The notes under the pieces: generated by a model
What the model saw: the letters and a program-made list of their open reading frames with translations, nothing else
Told to the model about the DNA's origin: nothing
Databases searched by the model: none
Shown here: positions 22,781 to 36,869 of the stretch, piece by piece
Layout: each line of letters begins with the position of its first letter
Position numbering within the stretch: position 1 is the first letter of the stretch
DNA from: Haliotis rufescens
Taxonomy: Eukaryota
Direction of reading: 5' to 3'
DNA length: 64,000 bases
Assembly: GCF_023055435.1 (NCBI RefSeq)
Contig: NW_025963868.1
Span: forward strand, 26,164,001 to 26,228,000
Made by a program: the position numbers and the translations under genes

Positions 22781-25700
22781 GTTTGATACAATGTTCTTGA
22801 TACTCAATAGTGATGTGGTTTACAACTACACTATGATGTGGTAACGCAGTATACCTTTCTTTTATAGAGGTAATGTGTGTAAATTGAAATAGTAGACATG
22901 TTCCATAACTGTATCAGAAAACTCTCAGCCCTTACCATGTATCTGTATTGACTTGTACTGCACTGCACTCATTGGCCAAGAAATGTGCGAACATCTGTTC
23001 CACGTTGCCACCCAGTAACACACGCTTCATCAGAGAACGTGTTTAAACACCTTTTTTTAATATTTAACTATTTCGCGCCTTGCATCTTGAAGGAGTCAGT
23101 GAGTTGGCTTTAATGCCACTTTTAACAGTATTCCAGTTATATCACGGCGTATCAGCTTAGCGTGGGAGGAAAGCCCAAAGTGATGCAGGTCTCAGACGTT
23201 TACCACTTCGGTGAAACCCACGAGCACGGGTATGGTGCTGACAAATCTAATAACATGATCGGGGTGAACCGGGCTTCGAACCAACAATCATAGGTTCCTG
23301 AATTACCCAAGGGTCGCAATTCTGCACAGCTAATCGCTTCGCCTTAGACGACTTGGCCACCTGTGTCCCCCTTGAAGCAGTGACAAAATAAATATTCATG
23401 TATTTTACCACACCATCACTGAATTTATTATAAGGTCGATCCCTTAACGTGACTTTATTTACCCATAATTGTTTGAATTCAAAATATCTGAGGAAATATG
23501 ACAATTATTACTCTTTTGGATACGCGAGGAAATATGACCTTATTAGACTTTGGGATACCTGAGGAAATTTGATCTATATAGTAAGACTTTGGGATACCTT
23601 ATAAAATGATATGGCCTGATGGTCTCCTCTCGTGTAGAGCATTACTAATCAACGAAATTAAAGTCACTCATCTTGCATTATGAAGTTTAGCCATGAGAAG
23701 ACTTACTTTATTTTCCATTCAATCCCAACAATTGTTTCATCCAATTTCTGGTGTTTCTTTCAGATGTTTATTTCTCACTATTGTTAAAAGTTGTGACTTT
23801 ATGGAACTGATAGAATACACTTTCATTAGTACCATTCACACATGCTAACTGTTTCTATAAGACGCCAGTCTGTCTGTTCGTCCGTCCGTCCGTCCGAAAT
23901 CATTTCCTTTACTGGGGCAGAAATCGAAAATTATTAAGTGTATTTGATAGAAACTTGGAAAATCTATCGTGGGATTTTTCGAATTTTAAAAAAATTAAAA
24001 AATTTAGGGACAGAAGTTGGACTTAGACTCCAATGGGGAAGGGGCTCGTTTCCGGGGCAGAATTCGTAAGCCATTCAGTATATTTGATCGAAACTTGAAA
24101 GATGTATCAGTCATATGATGAAGTGGTGCCTTTTGCTATTTTGTAATATTTAAAATATATATTTTTACAAATCTTTATGGAAAGAAGTTGGACAAGGACA
24201 CGATTGCTAGTTTGACGGAAGCGACCATTTTGCATCTTTTGTGGGAAAAACATGTATGCTTCTTTAAGAACATTCAGCTCTTGACCCAGAATTGCACATT
24301 TATTTCTGATTACTTTTCCGACAGCTGCCGGAAATATCATCTTTCTGATGAATCTTCGTTACGCGTTAAAAGGTGTGAATCAGAGTTTTGACACCTTAGA
24401 AAGCTGAGATAGTGAGCTTTCTGCCACTAGTGCCCACGCTACTCTGGTCAAAGTTCGAATAGGGAGAGCAACGCGTTGCTCAATATGGTCATTGACCAGT
24501 ATCAGACTTCAAGACATCTGAGGTAATAGGACAATTATGAGACTTTGGGATACGTGAGGAAATATCTCCAGTATCAGACTTAAGGATACTAGAGCCATTT
24601 TGATACCTGCGCCAATATGGCCACTATCGTACTTTTGGATACCGAGGGCAATGTGATCGTTACGATCGTTAACTGGTGAACTCATCCAGTGTAGGGTATT
24701 ACCAATCAACGAAAGATTAACCTAAGTTTCTATAGTTTCTCACCCCCAAAATTGCTAAGTTTTTCACACGAAGTCCTCGGTGGAGGATGGGATTCTGGTA
24801 GTTGAGGTACTGGTCCCTTTACGCAATACACCCTTGTACGTGACCCTTATGTTGCCTAGACGGTTGTTAGGATAGGCCCCGACCTATCAATTGGCTGGTC
24901 ATGCTATGGACACCTTACTCTTCTTGTTCTATCACTATTTGACTTGGAAGTGTATATGTAAAATGGAAATGTTTGATTATTCATGTTCATTTATTTTAAC
25001 TCTACTTCTTAAATGCAAAAATTACCTAAATGTCAGTGCCAGAAGGCTGTGGCGTATAGGCCGATCTGGTTAAAAAGTTATCTTTTGACTTTTCTCAATG
25101 TGAATGTCATCCGGATATTCTTGGTGCTGCAAGTCAAAGATCAAGTTGTCATTGGCTTCGTCTTCATGACACTCCAGGAGAAGTTAAGAACATTAAACGC
25201 TTGCACACAAGGTCCCTATCACTTGAATGTAATGGAAAACAACAAGCAACTAATCCGTTGGCAATAGATTTGTTGCAGTCCCTGTTCTGGTCTCTCCTCA
25301 CAGAACACTGAACACCAGCAAAGGTATTGTAAGAGACTGGGATCGATTGTTTGCTGATATTATTGATATTGCTTCTGAAATGAAAGATCAAGGAGTGGCA
25401 TATGCCAAACGATTCACAATGCGAAAAGACAACGAGACTGTTGAAACAAACACATACATCTTTTCGTTTTCTGCCCTTACTGCATAGAAATCAGTGAAAC
25501 CAGACTATTGCATTCATAAGGTTTGCATCTTCATTCCTAACCCTTTGAGGTGCTTCAAATGTCAAAAGTGTGGACATCACGTAAGTACTTGCACATTGGG
25601 AGAAAACACACGTAACGGAAGATTGCGACAGCATTTATAAAAAAAGGCATGAACTGCTGAGGTTTTCACCCATCTTTCTCTAAAAACTGTCCAATCTAGA

Positions 25701-27761
25701 AACAGCAAATGGAAATAAACAAAATACAATTCACAAACTTAGTTTTGTCGATGCCAACCTCAGAACCTTAAGAAACCTATGCTTCAATCACCAAGCGCCT
25801 TCTGAAACAACCACTAAAATTACAAATTTGCCAGTTGCCACAGCATCAGTAAACTGTCACACGGACTTATATAACATCATCCTTATATAACAGTTCTTTA
25901 TATGCACATACTGGTTCTCGAGGCGACTAACTGTAATATTGCTGATGCGGCGTAAAGCAATATTTATTCTTTCACACATCCTGAAAACTAATGAGGGGTA
26001 GTGAGTCACTTCTCTGAGTCAAGTGACACACCTGAGACAGTTTGGAATAAAGCTGCAATCGAAACACCTAACAGAGTGTGAAGCACGTATCATTACTGGG
26101 TGTGTTAAACAGGGGAATGTGTGATAAATGTAAAGTGTAACTACCGGCTCATGCCTGTACGTCAGGAGGCAACGCGAGTCTGTTAAGTTGATTAGTATTG
26201 TAGTGAGTGCGTGAGTGAGTGAGTATGGTTTTACGCAGCTTTTTGCAATATTCCAGCAATTTCACAGCGGGGGACACCAGAAATTGGCTTCACACATTGT
26301 ACCCATGTCGGGAATCGAACCAGGGTCTTTGGCGTGACGAGCGAACGCTTTAACCACTAGGCTACCCGACCGCCCCAATTAGTATTATAAGGGTAACGCT
26401 ATTTTACGGGGCATCATCATTTGCAGAAGCCTGAGGTCTTCAATTAACTGCCCGACGAAGACTGGCTTCTTCTGCAAATGATAATGCCCCGAAAAATGGA
26501 ATTTGTTATCAAATAAAAAGAAACAACAATATCGGTTTTAAAACATTTACTGCAATCAACACAAATGTCACTGACCCACTTTTACAAATATGGAAACGTC
26601 AGAGAACAAACCAGATGACGTCACTATTGAACGTGACGTCACCTATCCCCTATGACGTCACCTAAATGCTATTGCGTGCGTGCGTGCGTTCGTGCGTTCA
26701 TGCGTCAGATTAACATTGATACTCCACCCGGGTACGTTATACTCCAGGCCGACGAGTTCTTGACTAATCCCCCTAAACCCGGAAGGGTAACAAGTAATTA
26801 TAACATTTTTACATATATTTTGGTATACAGCTGTCAGGGAATTGAACTACTGACTATCCGCTGTTTAGGTAGATGTTCTATCAAATACACCACGGAGGTG
26901 GTTTAAAGTGTATAGCAAGTGACATGAGTAAGAAACTGTAGAATACCAGTCCATGTGACTTCCCACTTCAAATAGCCGAAAGTGGCTCAAGTGTTCGACC
27001 GTGGTAAACGGCACCTAACGTTTTACAAGTCTCCGGCAGGGCGTGACGGACACGAAAGATTAGACTAAAACTCTGTCCTATTCCTTTCAGACAAGCCTTT
27101 TCCAGTGAGACTCACTGATGCACGAGATACTAGCACCGGTATTTTCGACTGCCTTTTCAGAACCCCCAAAATATCTTTCTCTAAAAACTGTCCAATCTAG
27201 AAACAGCAAATGGAAATAAATACTCTCAGATAGCAGGTTGCTATTCAACCCTGATGGAACACTGAAAAATATGAAAGATACTTCTAGACGACGCGTGTGT
27301 TTATTTTTTTGGGTACAGATTTCAACTATTGACATGGCCACTTACAAATACACCCTTTATAGGTTTCAATGTAATGTACTACGAACAGAAACCATTCAGG
27401 CATAGGAAATTCATTTTGAGGAAACATTTTGGAAGTTATTCTCATGATGAGTGGTTCAAAGATAGGTATGTTGTCAAATGAGAAACATGAGACTAAACTT
27501 GTATCACTCATTTTTAAACTGCAATCATTTCCTGAAAGACCCTTTTTCATGCCATGCCAAGCATTTATCCAGCCTTGTTGACATCAAGTGTCTAATCGCT
27601 ACTAGCCCACATCGACAATACAATTTGCACCGATTCTCATGAACTCATGATACATACTGTCCCTCTGTGGATTACACAGACTGAAAATACTGGTCAGATT
27701 CTGTGATTTAATTTAAAGCGTGTCATCGTACATGGTACCCTTCTTGAACAAATCAAACATC

Positions 27762-28095
27762 TAATTGCTAAATCCCTTTGTCCATCCAAATAATACAGTG
27801 GCTTCCATCATCTCCATCAGTCTGCTTGTTTACTATGCTAGTATACTCTGTGTTCATTAGTCATCCACTGGCTTCCAATTAGCTTAATCACCTCTCTGTG
27901 TCCATCAACTAGTCACTGTAACATCTTAGATGTCAATAAGTGTATATATACCTATGTTGTTTAGCCCTATCCATCACTTGCTTGATAAAGGTGTTAGGAT
28001 CTACACCGAAACGTCGCACTAATTGTAATAAAGAAGTTGTTAATCCATAGAACTCGTCTTACTTCATCACTCCAACTTGCAAATGCCACTCAAAG
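27762..28095 (+). mobile_element. 334-bp insertion resembling a Penelope-like element terminal repeat, with a hammerhead motif
   Basis: 12-bp TSD AAATCAAACATC (27750-27761/28096-28107); absent from the four paralogous units; hammerhead core followed by AATAAA (28027-28032). Confidence 0.7.
27979..28018 (+). ncRNA. Minimal type I hammerhead ribozyme, U3-A8 variant
   Basis: UGC UUGAUAA A GGUGU uaggaucu ACACC GAA ACGU C GCA. Confidence 0.65.
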
Positions 28096-28268
28096 AAATC
28101 AAACATCCTTTTAAAAAAACAAATTCAAATTTAAATATTCAATGATTTATTGGTATTATGTGACTATGAGTATGACATATTGTTAAAAGACATGAACATA
28201 TATTATGCATACAATTTCAGTTAATGTGTTATTTTGGACACTGAACGTCCCTCAATAGAAATGCCGCT

Positions 28269-28922
28269 TTAACGTCGTCTATTCCTTGAAAAGAAATTTC
28301 TGATTGATCGCAACTTTTTAGAAAGACGTGAGTGGGTCTTTTTTTCATCAGTCACAGAAACATGTTTATGATGTCGATTCATAATCTGTTCCAGTACCTG
28401 TAAGACACTAAGGTCCTTCTCAGCCGAGATCTCCACGTGTCCATGTTCCCATTCACAGCTAATGTTCAGATCTCGGGACATTCTCTCGGTCTTATCTACA
28501 GAGCCAGCGATGTCTGTCTTGTTGGCCACGAACACTATAGGGACTGAAGGTCCCTCTTGCTGGAGGATCTGGTCCCTGGCTGCTACCACAGACTCAAAGG
28601 AGTCATCACACACCAGCGAGTACACCAACACGTATACATCAATGGAGGGGAGTCCCTGTGGGAAGGTGCAGGTCTTCGTTGTGGATGTGTCCACAATATC
28701 GACTGTCAGATTTCGCCCTTTGATTCCAAGATCAACTCGAGCGTTACGTCGTTTCTTACTTTTCTTGTGGGATTTGCTGCTCTGTTCTGTCCAGTGTTTG
28801 ATGAGTCTGCAGATTAAGGTTGACTTTCCTACACTGCTATCTCCAATAACAGCAAGGTTGAAGCTATCTTCCTCTACTAAAATACTGCTGACCTCTGAGT
28901 GGAGAGTAAATCTGCGACTCAT
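28269..28922 (-). CDS. Atypical Ras-family GTPase copy 3, 217 aa
   Basis: Canonical P-loop GDSSVGKST, DTSTT, NKTD, ISAE. Confidence 0.8.
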   Translation of the reverse strand: MSRRFTLHSEVSSILVEEDSFNLAVIGDSSVGKSTLICRLIKHWTEQSSKSHKKSKKRRNARVDLGIKGRNLTVDIVDTSTTKTCTFPQGLPSIDVYVLVYSLVCDDSFESVVAARDQILQQEGPSVPIVFVANKTDIAGSVDKTERMSRDLNISCEWEHGHVEISAEKDLSVLQVLEQIMNRHHKHVSVTDEKKTHSRLSKKLRSIRNFFSRNRRR

Positions 28923-31900
28923 GTTTGATACAATGTTCTTGATACTCAATAGTGATGTGGTTTACAACTACACTATGATGTGGTAACGCAGTATACCTTT
29001 CTTTTATAGAGGTAATGTGTGTAAATTGAAATAGTAGACATGTTCCATAACTGTATCAGAAAACTCTCAGCCCTTACCATGTATCTGTATTGACTTGTAC
29101 TGCACTGCACTCATTGGCCAAGAAATGTGCGAAAATCTGTTCCACGTTGCCACCCAGTGACACACGCTTCATCAGAGAACGTGTTTAAACACCTTTTTTT
29201 AATATTTAACTATTTCGCGCCTTGCGTCTTGAAGCAGTCAGTGAGTTGGGTTTAATGCCACTTTTAACAGTATTCCAGTTATATCAGGGCGTATCAGCTT
29301 AGTGTGGGAGGAAAGCCCAAAGTGATGCAGGTCTCAGACGTATACCACTTCGGTGAAACCCACGAGCATGGGTATGGTGCTGACAAATCTAATAACATGA
29401 TCGGGGCGAATCTGGCTTCGAACCAACAATCATAGGTTCCTGACGTACCCAAGGGTCGCAATTCTGCACAGCTAATCGCGGCGCCTTAGACGACTTGGCC
29501 ACCTGTGTCCCCCTTGAAGCAGTGACAAAATAAGTATTCATATATTTTACCACACCATAACTGAATATCTAATAAAGGTCGATCCCTTAACGTGACTTTA
29601 TTTACCCATAATTGTTTGAATTCAAAATATCTGAGGAAATATGACAATTATTACTCTTTTGGATACGCGAGGAAATATGACCTTATTAGACTTTGGGATA
29701 CCTGAGGAAATTTGATCTATATAGTAAGACTTTGGGATACCTTATAAAATGATATGGCCTGATGGTCTCCTCTCGTGTAGAGCATTACTAATCAACGAAA
29801 TTAAAGTCACTCATCTTGCATTGTGAAGTTTAGCCATGAGAAGACTTACTTTATTTTCCATTCAATCCCAACAATTGTTTCATCCAATTTCTGGTGTTTC
29901 TTTCAGATGTTTATTTCTCACTATTGTTAAAAGTTGTGACTTTATGGAACTGATAGAAAACACTTTCATTAGTACCATTCACACATGCTAACTGTTTCTA
30001 TAAGACGCCAGTCTGTCTGTTCGTCCGTCCGTCTATCCGTCTGTCTGTCCGTAATCATTTCCTTTACTGGGGCAGAAATCGAAAACTATTAAGTGTATCT
30101 GATAGAAACTTGGAAAATCTATCATGGGATTTTTCGAAAAAATTTTTTTTTTAATTTTAGGGACAGAAGTTGGACTTAGACTCCATTTGGGATGGGGTTC
30201 GTTTTCGGGGCAGAATTCGTAAGCCATTCAGCATATTTGATCGAAACTTGAAAGATGTATCAGTCATATGCTGAAGTGGTGCCTTTTGCTATTTTGTAAT
30301 ATTTAAAATATATATTTTTACAAATCTTTATGGAAAGAAGTTGGACAAGGACACGATTGCTAGTTTCACGGAAGCAGCCATGGTGCATCTTTTGTGGGAA
30401 AAACATGTATGCTTCTTGAAGAACATTCAACTCTTGACCCATATTTGCACATTTATTTCTGGTTACTTTACCGACAGCTGCCGGAAATATCATCTTTCTG
30501 ATGAATCTTCGTCACGCGTTAAAATGTGTGAATCAAAGTTGTGACACCTTAGAAAGCTCGCTGAATCAAGTGACACACCTGAGACAGTTTGGAATAAAGC
30601 TGCAATCGAAACACCTAAGAGAGTGTTTGAAGCACGTATCATTACTGTGTGTGTTAAACAGGGGAATGTGTGTTAAATGTAATGTGTAACTACCGGCTCA
30701 TGCCTGTACCTCAGGAGTCAAAGCGAGTCTGTTTAGTCAGGGAATTGAACTACTGACTATCCGCTGTCTTGGTAGATGTTCTATCAAATACACCACGGAG
30801 GCGGTTTAAAGTGTATAGCAAGTGACATGTGAAAGAAACTGTAGAATACCAGTCCATGTGACTTCCCACTTCAAAAAGCCGAAAGTGGCTCAAGGGTTCG
30901 ACCGTGGTAAACGGCACCTAACGTTTTACAAGTCTCCGGCAGGGCGTGACGGACATGAAAGATTAGACGAAAAACTCTGTCCTATTCCTTTCAGACAAGC
31001 CTTTTCCAGTGAGACTTACTGATGCACGAGATACTAGCACCGGTATTTTCGACTGCCTTTTCAGAACCCCCAAAATATCTTTCTCTAAAAACTGTCCAAT
31101 CTAGAAGCAGCAAATGGAAATAAACAAAATACAATTCAAAAACTTAGTTTTGTCGATGCCAACCTCAGAACCTAAAGAAACCTATGCTTCATTCACCAGA
31201 ACGCCTTCTGAAACAACCACTAAAATTACAAATTTGCCAGTTGCCACAGCATCAGTAAACTGTCACACGGACTTATATAACATGATCCTTATATAACAGT
31301 TCTTTATATGCACATACTGGTTCTCGAGGCGACTAACTGTAATATTGCTGATGCGGCGTAAAGCAATATTTATTCTTTCACACATCCTGAAAACTAATGA
31401 TGGAGTAGTGAGTCACTTCTCTGAGTCAAGTGACACACCTGAGACAGTTTGGAATAAAGCTGCAATGGAAACACCTAAGAGAGTGTGAAGCACGTATCAT
31501 TACTGGGTGTGTTAAACAGGGGAATGTGTGATCAATGTAATGTGTAAGTACAGGCTTCTTCTTGTACGTCAGGAGGCAACGCGAGTCTGTTAAGTTGATT
31601 AGTATTATAGTGAGTGAGTGAATGAGTATGGTTTGACGCCGCTTTTTGCAATATTCCAGCAATATCACAGCAGGGGACACCAGAAATGGGCTTCACACAT
31701 TGTACCCATGTCGGGAATCGAACCCGGGTCTTTGGCGTGACGAGCGAACGCTTTTACCACTAGGCTAACCGACTGCCCCAATTAGTATTATAAGGGTAAC
31801 GCTATTTTTCAGGGCATCATCATTTGCAGAAGCCCGAGGTCTTCCATTAACTGCCTGACGAAGACTGGCTTCTTCTGCAAATGATAATGCCCTGAAAAAT

Positions 31901-33245
31901 GGAATTTTATATCAAATAAAAAGAAACAACAATATCGGTTTTAAAACATTTACTGCAATCAACACAAATGTCACTGACCCAATTTTACAAATATGGAAAC
32001 GTCAGAGAAGAAACCAGATGACGGCACTATTGAACGTGACGTCACCTAAATGCTATTGCGTACGTGCGTGCGTTCGTGCGTACGTGCGTCAGATTAATAT
32101 TGATACCCCATCCGGGTACGTTACACTCCAGGCCGACAAGTTCTTGACTAATCCCCCTAAACCCGGAAGGGTAACAAGTAATTATAACATATTAACATAT
32201 ATTTTGGTATACAGCTGTCAGGGAATTGAACTACTGACTATCCGCTGTCTAGGTAGATGTTCTATCAAATACTACACGCAGGCGGTTTAAGGTGTATAAC
32301 AATGACATGTGTAAGAAACTGTAGAATACCAGTCCATGTGACTTCCCACTTCAAATAGCCGAAGATGGCTCAAGAGTTCGACCGTGGTAAACGGCACCTA
32401 ACGTTTTACAAGTCTCCGGCAGGGCGTGACGGACACGAAAGATTAGACTAAAACTCTGTCCTATTCCTTTCAGACAAGCCTTTTCCAGTGAGACTTACTG
32501 ATACACGAGATACTAGCACCGGTATTTTCGACTGCCTTTTCAGAACCCCCAAAATATCTTTCTCTAAAAACTGTCCAATCTAGAAACAGCAAATGGAAAT
32601 AAATACTCTCAGATAGCAGGTTGCTATTCAACCCTGATGGAACACTGAAAAATATGAAAGATACTACTAGACGACGTGTGTGTTTATTTTTGGGGGTACT
32701 GATTTCAACTATTGACCTTCAGGCATAGTAAATACATTTTGAGGAAACATTTTGGAAGTTATTCTCATGATGAGTGGTTCAAAGGTAGGTATGTTGTCAA
32801 ATAAGAAACATGAGATTAAACTAGTATCACTCATTTTTAAACTGCAATCATTTCCTGAAAGACCCTTTTTCATGCCATTCCAAGCAGTTATCTAGCCTTG
32901 TTGACTTCAAGTGTCTAAGTGCTACTAGCCCACATCGACCATACAATTTGCACCGATTCTCATGAACTCATGACACATACTGTCCCTCTGTGGATTACAC
33001 AGACTGAAAATACTGGTCAGATTCTGTGATTTGACTTATAGCGTGTCATCGTACATGGTACCCTACTTGAACAAATCAAACATCCTTTTAAAAAAACAAA
33101 TTCAGATTTAAATATTCAATGATTTATTGGTATTATGTAACTATGAGTATGACATATTGTTAAAAGACATGAACATATATTATGCATACAATTTCAGTTA
33201 ATGTGTTATTTTGGACACTGAACGTCCCTCAATAGAAATGCGACT

Positions 33246-33899
33246 TTAACGTCGTCTATTCCTTGAAAAGAAATTTCTGATTGATCGCAACTTTTTAGAA
33301 AGACGTGAGTGCGTCTTTTTTTCATCAGTCACAGAAACATGTTTATGATGTCGGTTCATAATCTGTTCCAGTACCTGCAAGACACTAAGGTCCTTCTCAG
33401 CCGAGATCTCCACGTGTCCATGTTCCCATTCGCATTTAATGTTCAGATCTCGGGACATTCTCTCGGTCTTATCTACAGAGCCAGCGATGTCTGTCTTGTT
33501 GGCCACGAACACTATAGGGACTGAAGGTCCCTCTTGCTGGAGGATCTGGTCCCTGGCTGCTACCAAAGACTCAAAGGAGTCATCACACACCAGCGAGTAC
33601 ACCAACACGTATACATCAATGGAGGGGAGTCCCTGCGGGAAGGTGCAGGTTTTCGTTGTGGATGTGTCCACAATATCGACTGTCAGACTTCGCCCTTTGA
33701 TTCCAAGATCAGCTCGAGCGTTACCACGTTTCTTACTTTTCTTGTGGGATTTGCTGCTCTGTTCTGTCCAGTGTTTGATGAGTCTGCAGATCAAGGTTGA
33801 CTTTCCTACACTGCTATCTCCAATAACAGCAAGGTTGAAGCTATCTTCCTCTTCTGAAATACTGCTGACCTCTGAGTGGAGAGTAAATCTGCGACTCAT
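33246..33899 (-). CDS. Atypical Ras-family GTPase copy 4, 217 aa
   Basis: Canonical P-loop GDSSVGKST, DTSTT, NKTD, ISAE. Confidence 0.8.
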   Translation of the reverse strand: MSRRFTLHSEVSSISEEEDSFNLAVIGDSSVGKSTLICRLIKHWTEQSSKSHKKSKKRGNARADLGIKGRSLTVDIVDTSTTKTCTFPQGLPSIDVYVLVYSLVCDDSFESLVAARDQILQQEGPSVPIVFVANKTDIAGSVDKTERMSRDLNIKCEWEHGHVEISAEKDLSVLQVLEQIMNRHHKHVSVTDEKKTHSRLSKKLRSIRNFFSRNRRR

Positions 33900-35129
33900 G
33901 TTTGATACAATGTTCTTGATACTCAATAGTGATGTGGTTTACAACTACACTATGATGTGGTAACGCAGTATACCTTTCTTTTATAGAGGTAATGTGTGTA
34001 AATTGAAATAGTAGACATGTTCCATAACTGTATCAGAAAACTCTCAGCCCTTACCATGTATCTGTATTGACTTGTACTGCACTGCACTCATTGGCCAAGA
34101 AATGTGCTAACATCTGTTCCACGTTGCCACCCAGTGACACACGCTTCATCAGAGAACGTGTTTAAACACCTTTTTTTAATGTGTGATAAATGTAATGTGT
34201 AACTACCGGCTCCTTCTTGTACGTCAGGAGGCAACGCGAGTCTGTTTAGTCAGGGAATTGAACTAAAGACTATCTGCTGTCTGGGTAGATGTTCTATCAA
34301 ATATACCACAACGGTGGTTTAAAGTGTATATCAAGTGACATGTGTAAGAAACTGTAGAATACCAGTCCATGTGACTTCCCACTTCAAATAGCCGAAAGTT
34401 GCTCAAGGACTCGACCGTGGTAAACGGCACCTAACGTTTTACAAGTCTCCGGCAGGGCGTGACGGACACGAAACATTAGACTAAAACTCTGTCCTATTCC
34501 TTTCAGACAAGCCTTTTCCAGTGAGACTAACTGATGCACGAGATACTAGCACCGGTATTTTCGACTGCCTTTTCAGAACCCCATCGTATGGCAGGAGTAG
34601 TGCTGTGTGGCGTCAAACATCAAACACATACATTCCAATTAAAATGTTAGGACAATATACGTATCATTACTGGGTGTGTGAAACTGGGGAACGTGAGATA
34701 AATGTAATGTGTAACTACCAGTGTCCCGGTATAAACTCTCCCCCTACAAATTCTCCCCCCGGATATTTTATATCGGTACAGATGCTCCCCCGGGCGGATA
34801 TATTTCGCGTCCCCCCTCAGTATAAAGTCTCCCACCTGAGTATTCGGTTTGTTGCAGTGTCTTTAAGTACTATATTCTTTAAATAGTTATCTTTAATGTA
34901 AGGAGGGTTACTTTAAAAAATAGATTATGAAATATGGTCATGAAAAAATTTGAATGAAATGACTTAATGTAACATGTACGGTTACTGTTGTAACTGAATT
35001 CAGAAATGGCATTAATCCTCGCAAACATTCGGTTTTAACACTAACTACGTAAAAACTGTCAACGTATCCACGCGCGCCTCAAGCTCAGGCTGTCCGTTAT
35101 ACTCTGATTTAAGATCTAAAATATATTGC

Positions 35130-35507
35130 TTAGTACAGGCTACGATTTGAAAATGGTATCAGTGTAATATCAATGGCTAGAATATCATGGTGCAACCAGG
35201 TTTCTGTTAAACATACAACATCATAGCCATCTAATTCAGCACTGATTAAATCTACTTTGTCTTTAAGACTGCGTCCGTTTAGATGTATAATCTTTAAATC
35301 TGGACTACGCAAAGGTCCTGGATACGGATGGATATCACCGCAGAAGTGAAAAAGTAAACCTAAGAATGATAATCGGAAATTATATAAGCAAAGTAACCCA
35401 AAATATAGAGAAATGTGTATCATCTTCCCGAAATGATTAGCATGTAGAATAGATTCAAAAACACACACCGCCTGCCTGTATTGAACAACATCAACCGGCA
35501 TCGTCAA
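35130..35507 (-). pseudogene. CR1/L2-group LINE ORF2 5' fragment: leader, 2A-like CGDIHPYPGP, APE start
   Basis: LKIIHLNGRSL...YDVVCLTETWL APE motifs follow the 2A-like motif. Confidence 0.7.
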
Positions 35508-36438
35508 AGCAAAGTGTACATGTAATTGTTACAATCGGGCTGGCGGTGAATCTTAATGAAGAACACCTTGATAAAAAGACACACTGAAACTGATTTGCAT
35601 AACTGATGACCACAACATATTTCAAAATATAAAAATAGTAAAAATGATACAGTATAACCTCATACTGAAGAGAAAACAAGATCAACACAGAGAAGTAAAA
35701 TAGCACCTCATATAGAAATGAGATCTGAGAAGGGATTCATACGTTAAAAACTTAAAAAAGTATTATTATGAAAAACGAAAGGAAAAGTGGGGACCCTGCC
35801 CCCGACAATCCCACATCCGAAAAGAAAAAAACCCCTGCAAAATCAATAAAAAAATCAATAAATAAATAAAAAAACGACCCCCCCCCCCCCCCACACACAC
35901 ACACACACAAGTTACTAAATGTACATTTACATAAATATATAACCCAAAAAACTAAAGGAGCGAAAAAAAATAATAAAAAATGCATAAACAAATTAACATT
36001 AAAACCTAGAGGAATATGATAAGCCAATGTGTAATGCTACAGCACGAAACAATAAACTGTACCAACATTACAATGTTCCCCGATATGCATGCTTTACCTG
36101 GGTTACATACGGATGATCTAAGTTAGAAATATATGACTGATATAAATTCTTTAAACACGGTAATATCGAATATGCTTGGATTATCTTTTTTTTCAAATGT
36201 GCTCCATTCAAGAAAAGTTATATAGAATTATGTATTTAATCTCACCCATTTATTTTGTTCGTTTATGTAAAAGCTTTTACACCTTACACATTTTAATTAC
36301 AGATTCCTTTGTTTTGATTTTAATGCAAACAAACCAGGCTTTACAATGTATTTTATTTCAACAGATTTTTATACATAAATATATGAATGGGGATTGGCAA
36401 ACAAGCTTAACTGGCTTATGTAAAAGCCGCCGCCCTTT

Positions 36439-36869
36439 AGGCTGAGTTTCCATGTGCGCGGTTTGCCACGCGGTTTTGGGCACGTTTAGGGAGGCGGTTG
36501 AAATGCTATACAAAAACTATGCTTAAAAGTTCGGCGACTTAGTTTCCATAGTGCGCGGTTTGGCGCGGTTTCACCAACTGCAAACCGCTAGGGATAAGCG
36601 GTTGGTAAAACCGCGCAAATCGAAACAGTTCATTTATGATGTAGTATTTCCATTGGCGCGGTTGGGATCGCTCGGCTAAAAAAAAATCGAACAGTGCTCG
36701 ATTATCTTTAACCTCGTGGTTAGCCAAGCGGTTCTACCCGAGCCAATGGTAATTTTACAGAATAAGGCCTAATTTCCTTTGAAAAAAACATTGCATAGCG
36801 GTTTGAATTTATACAGAGTTTTGTATTACATTTCAACCGCCTCCCAAAACGGGCCCCAAACCGCGTGGC
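36439..36869. mobile_element. Non-autonomous TIR element, Harbinger-like left terminus
   Basis: ~54-bp imperfect inverted repeat 36465-36518/36817-36869; left end AGGCTGAGTTTCCAT; outer right end missing. Confidence 0.5.
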
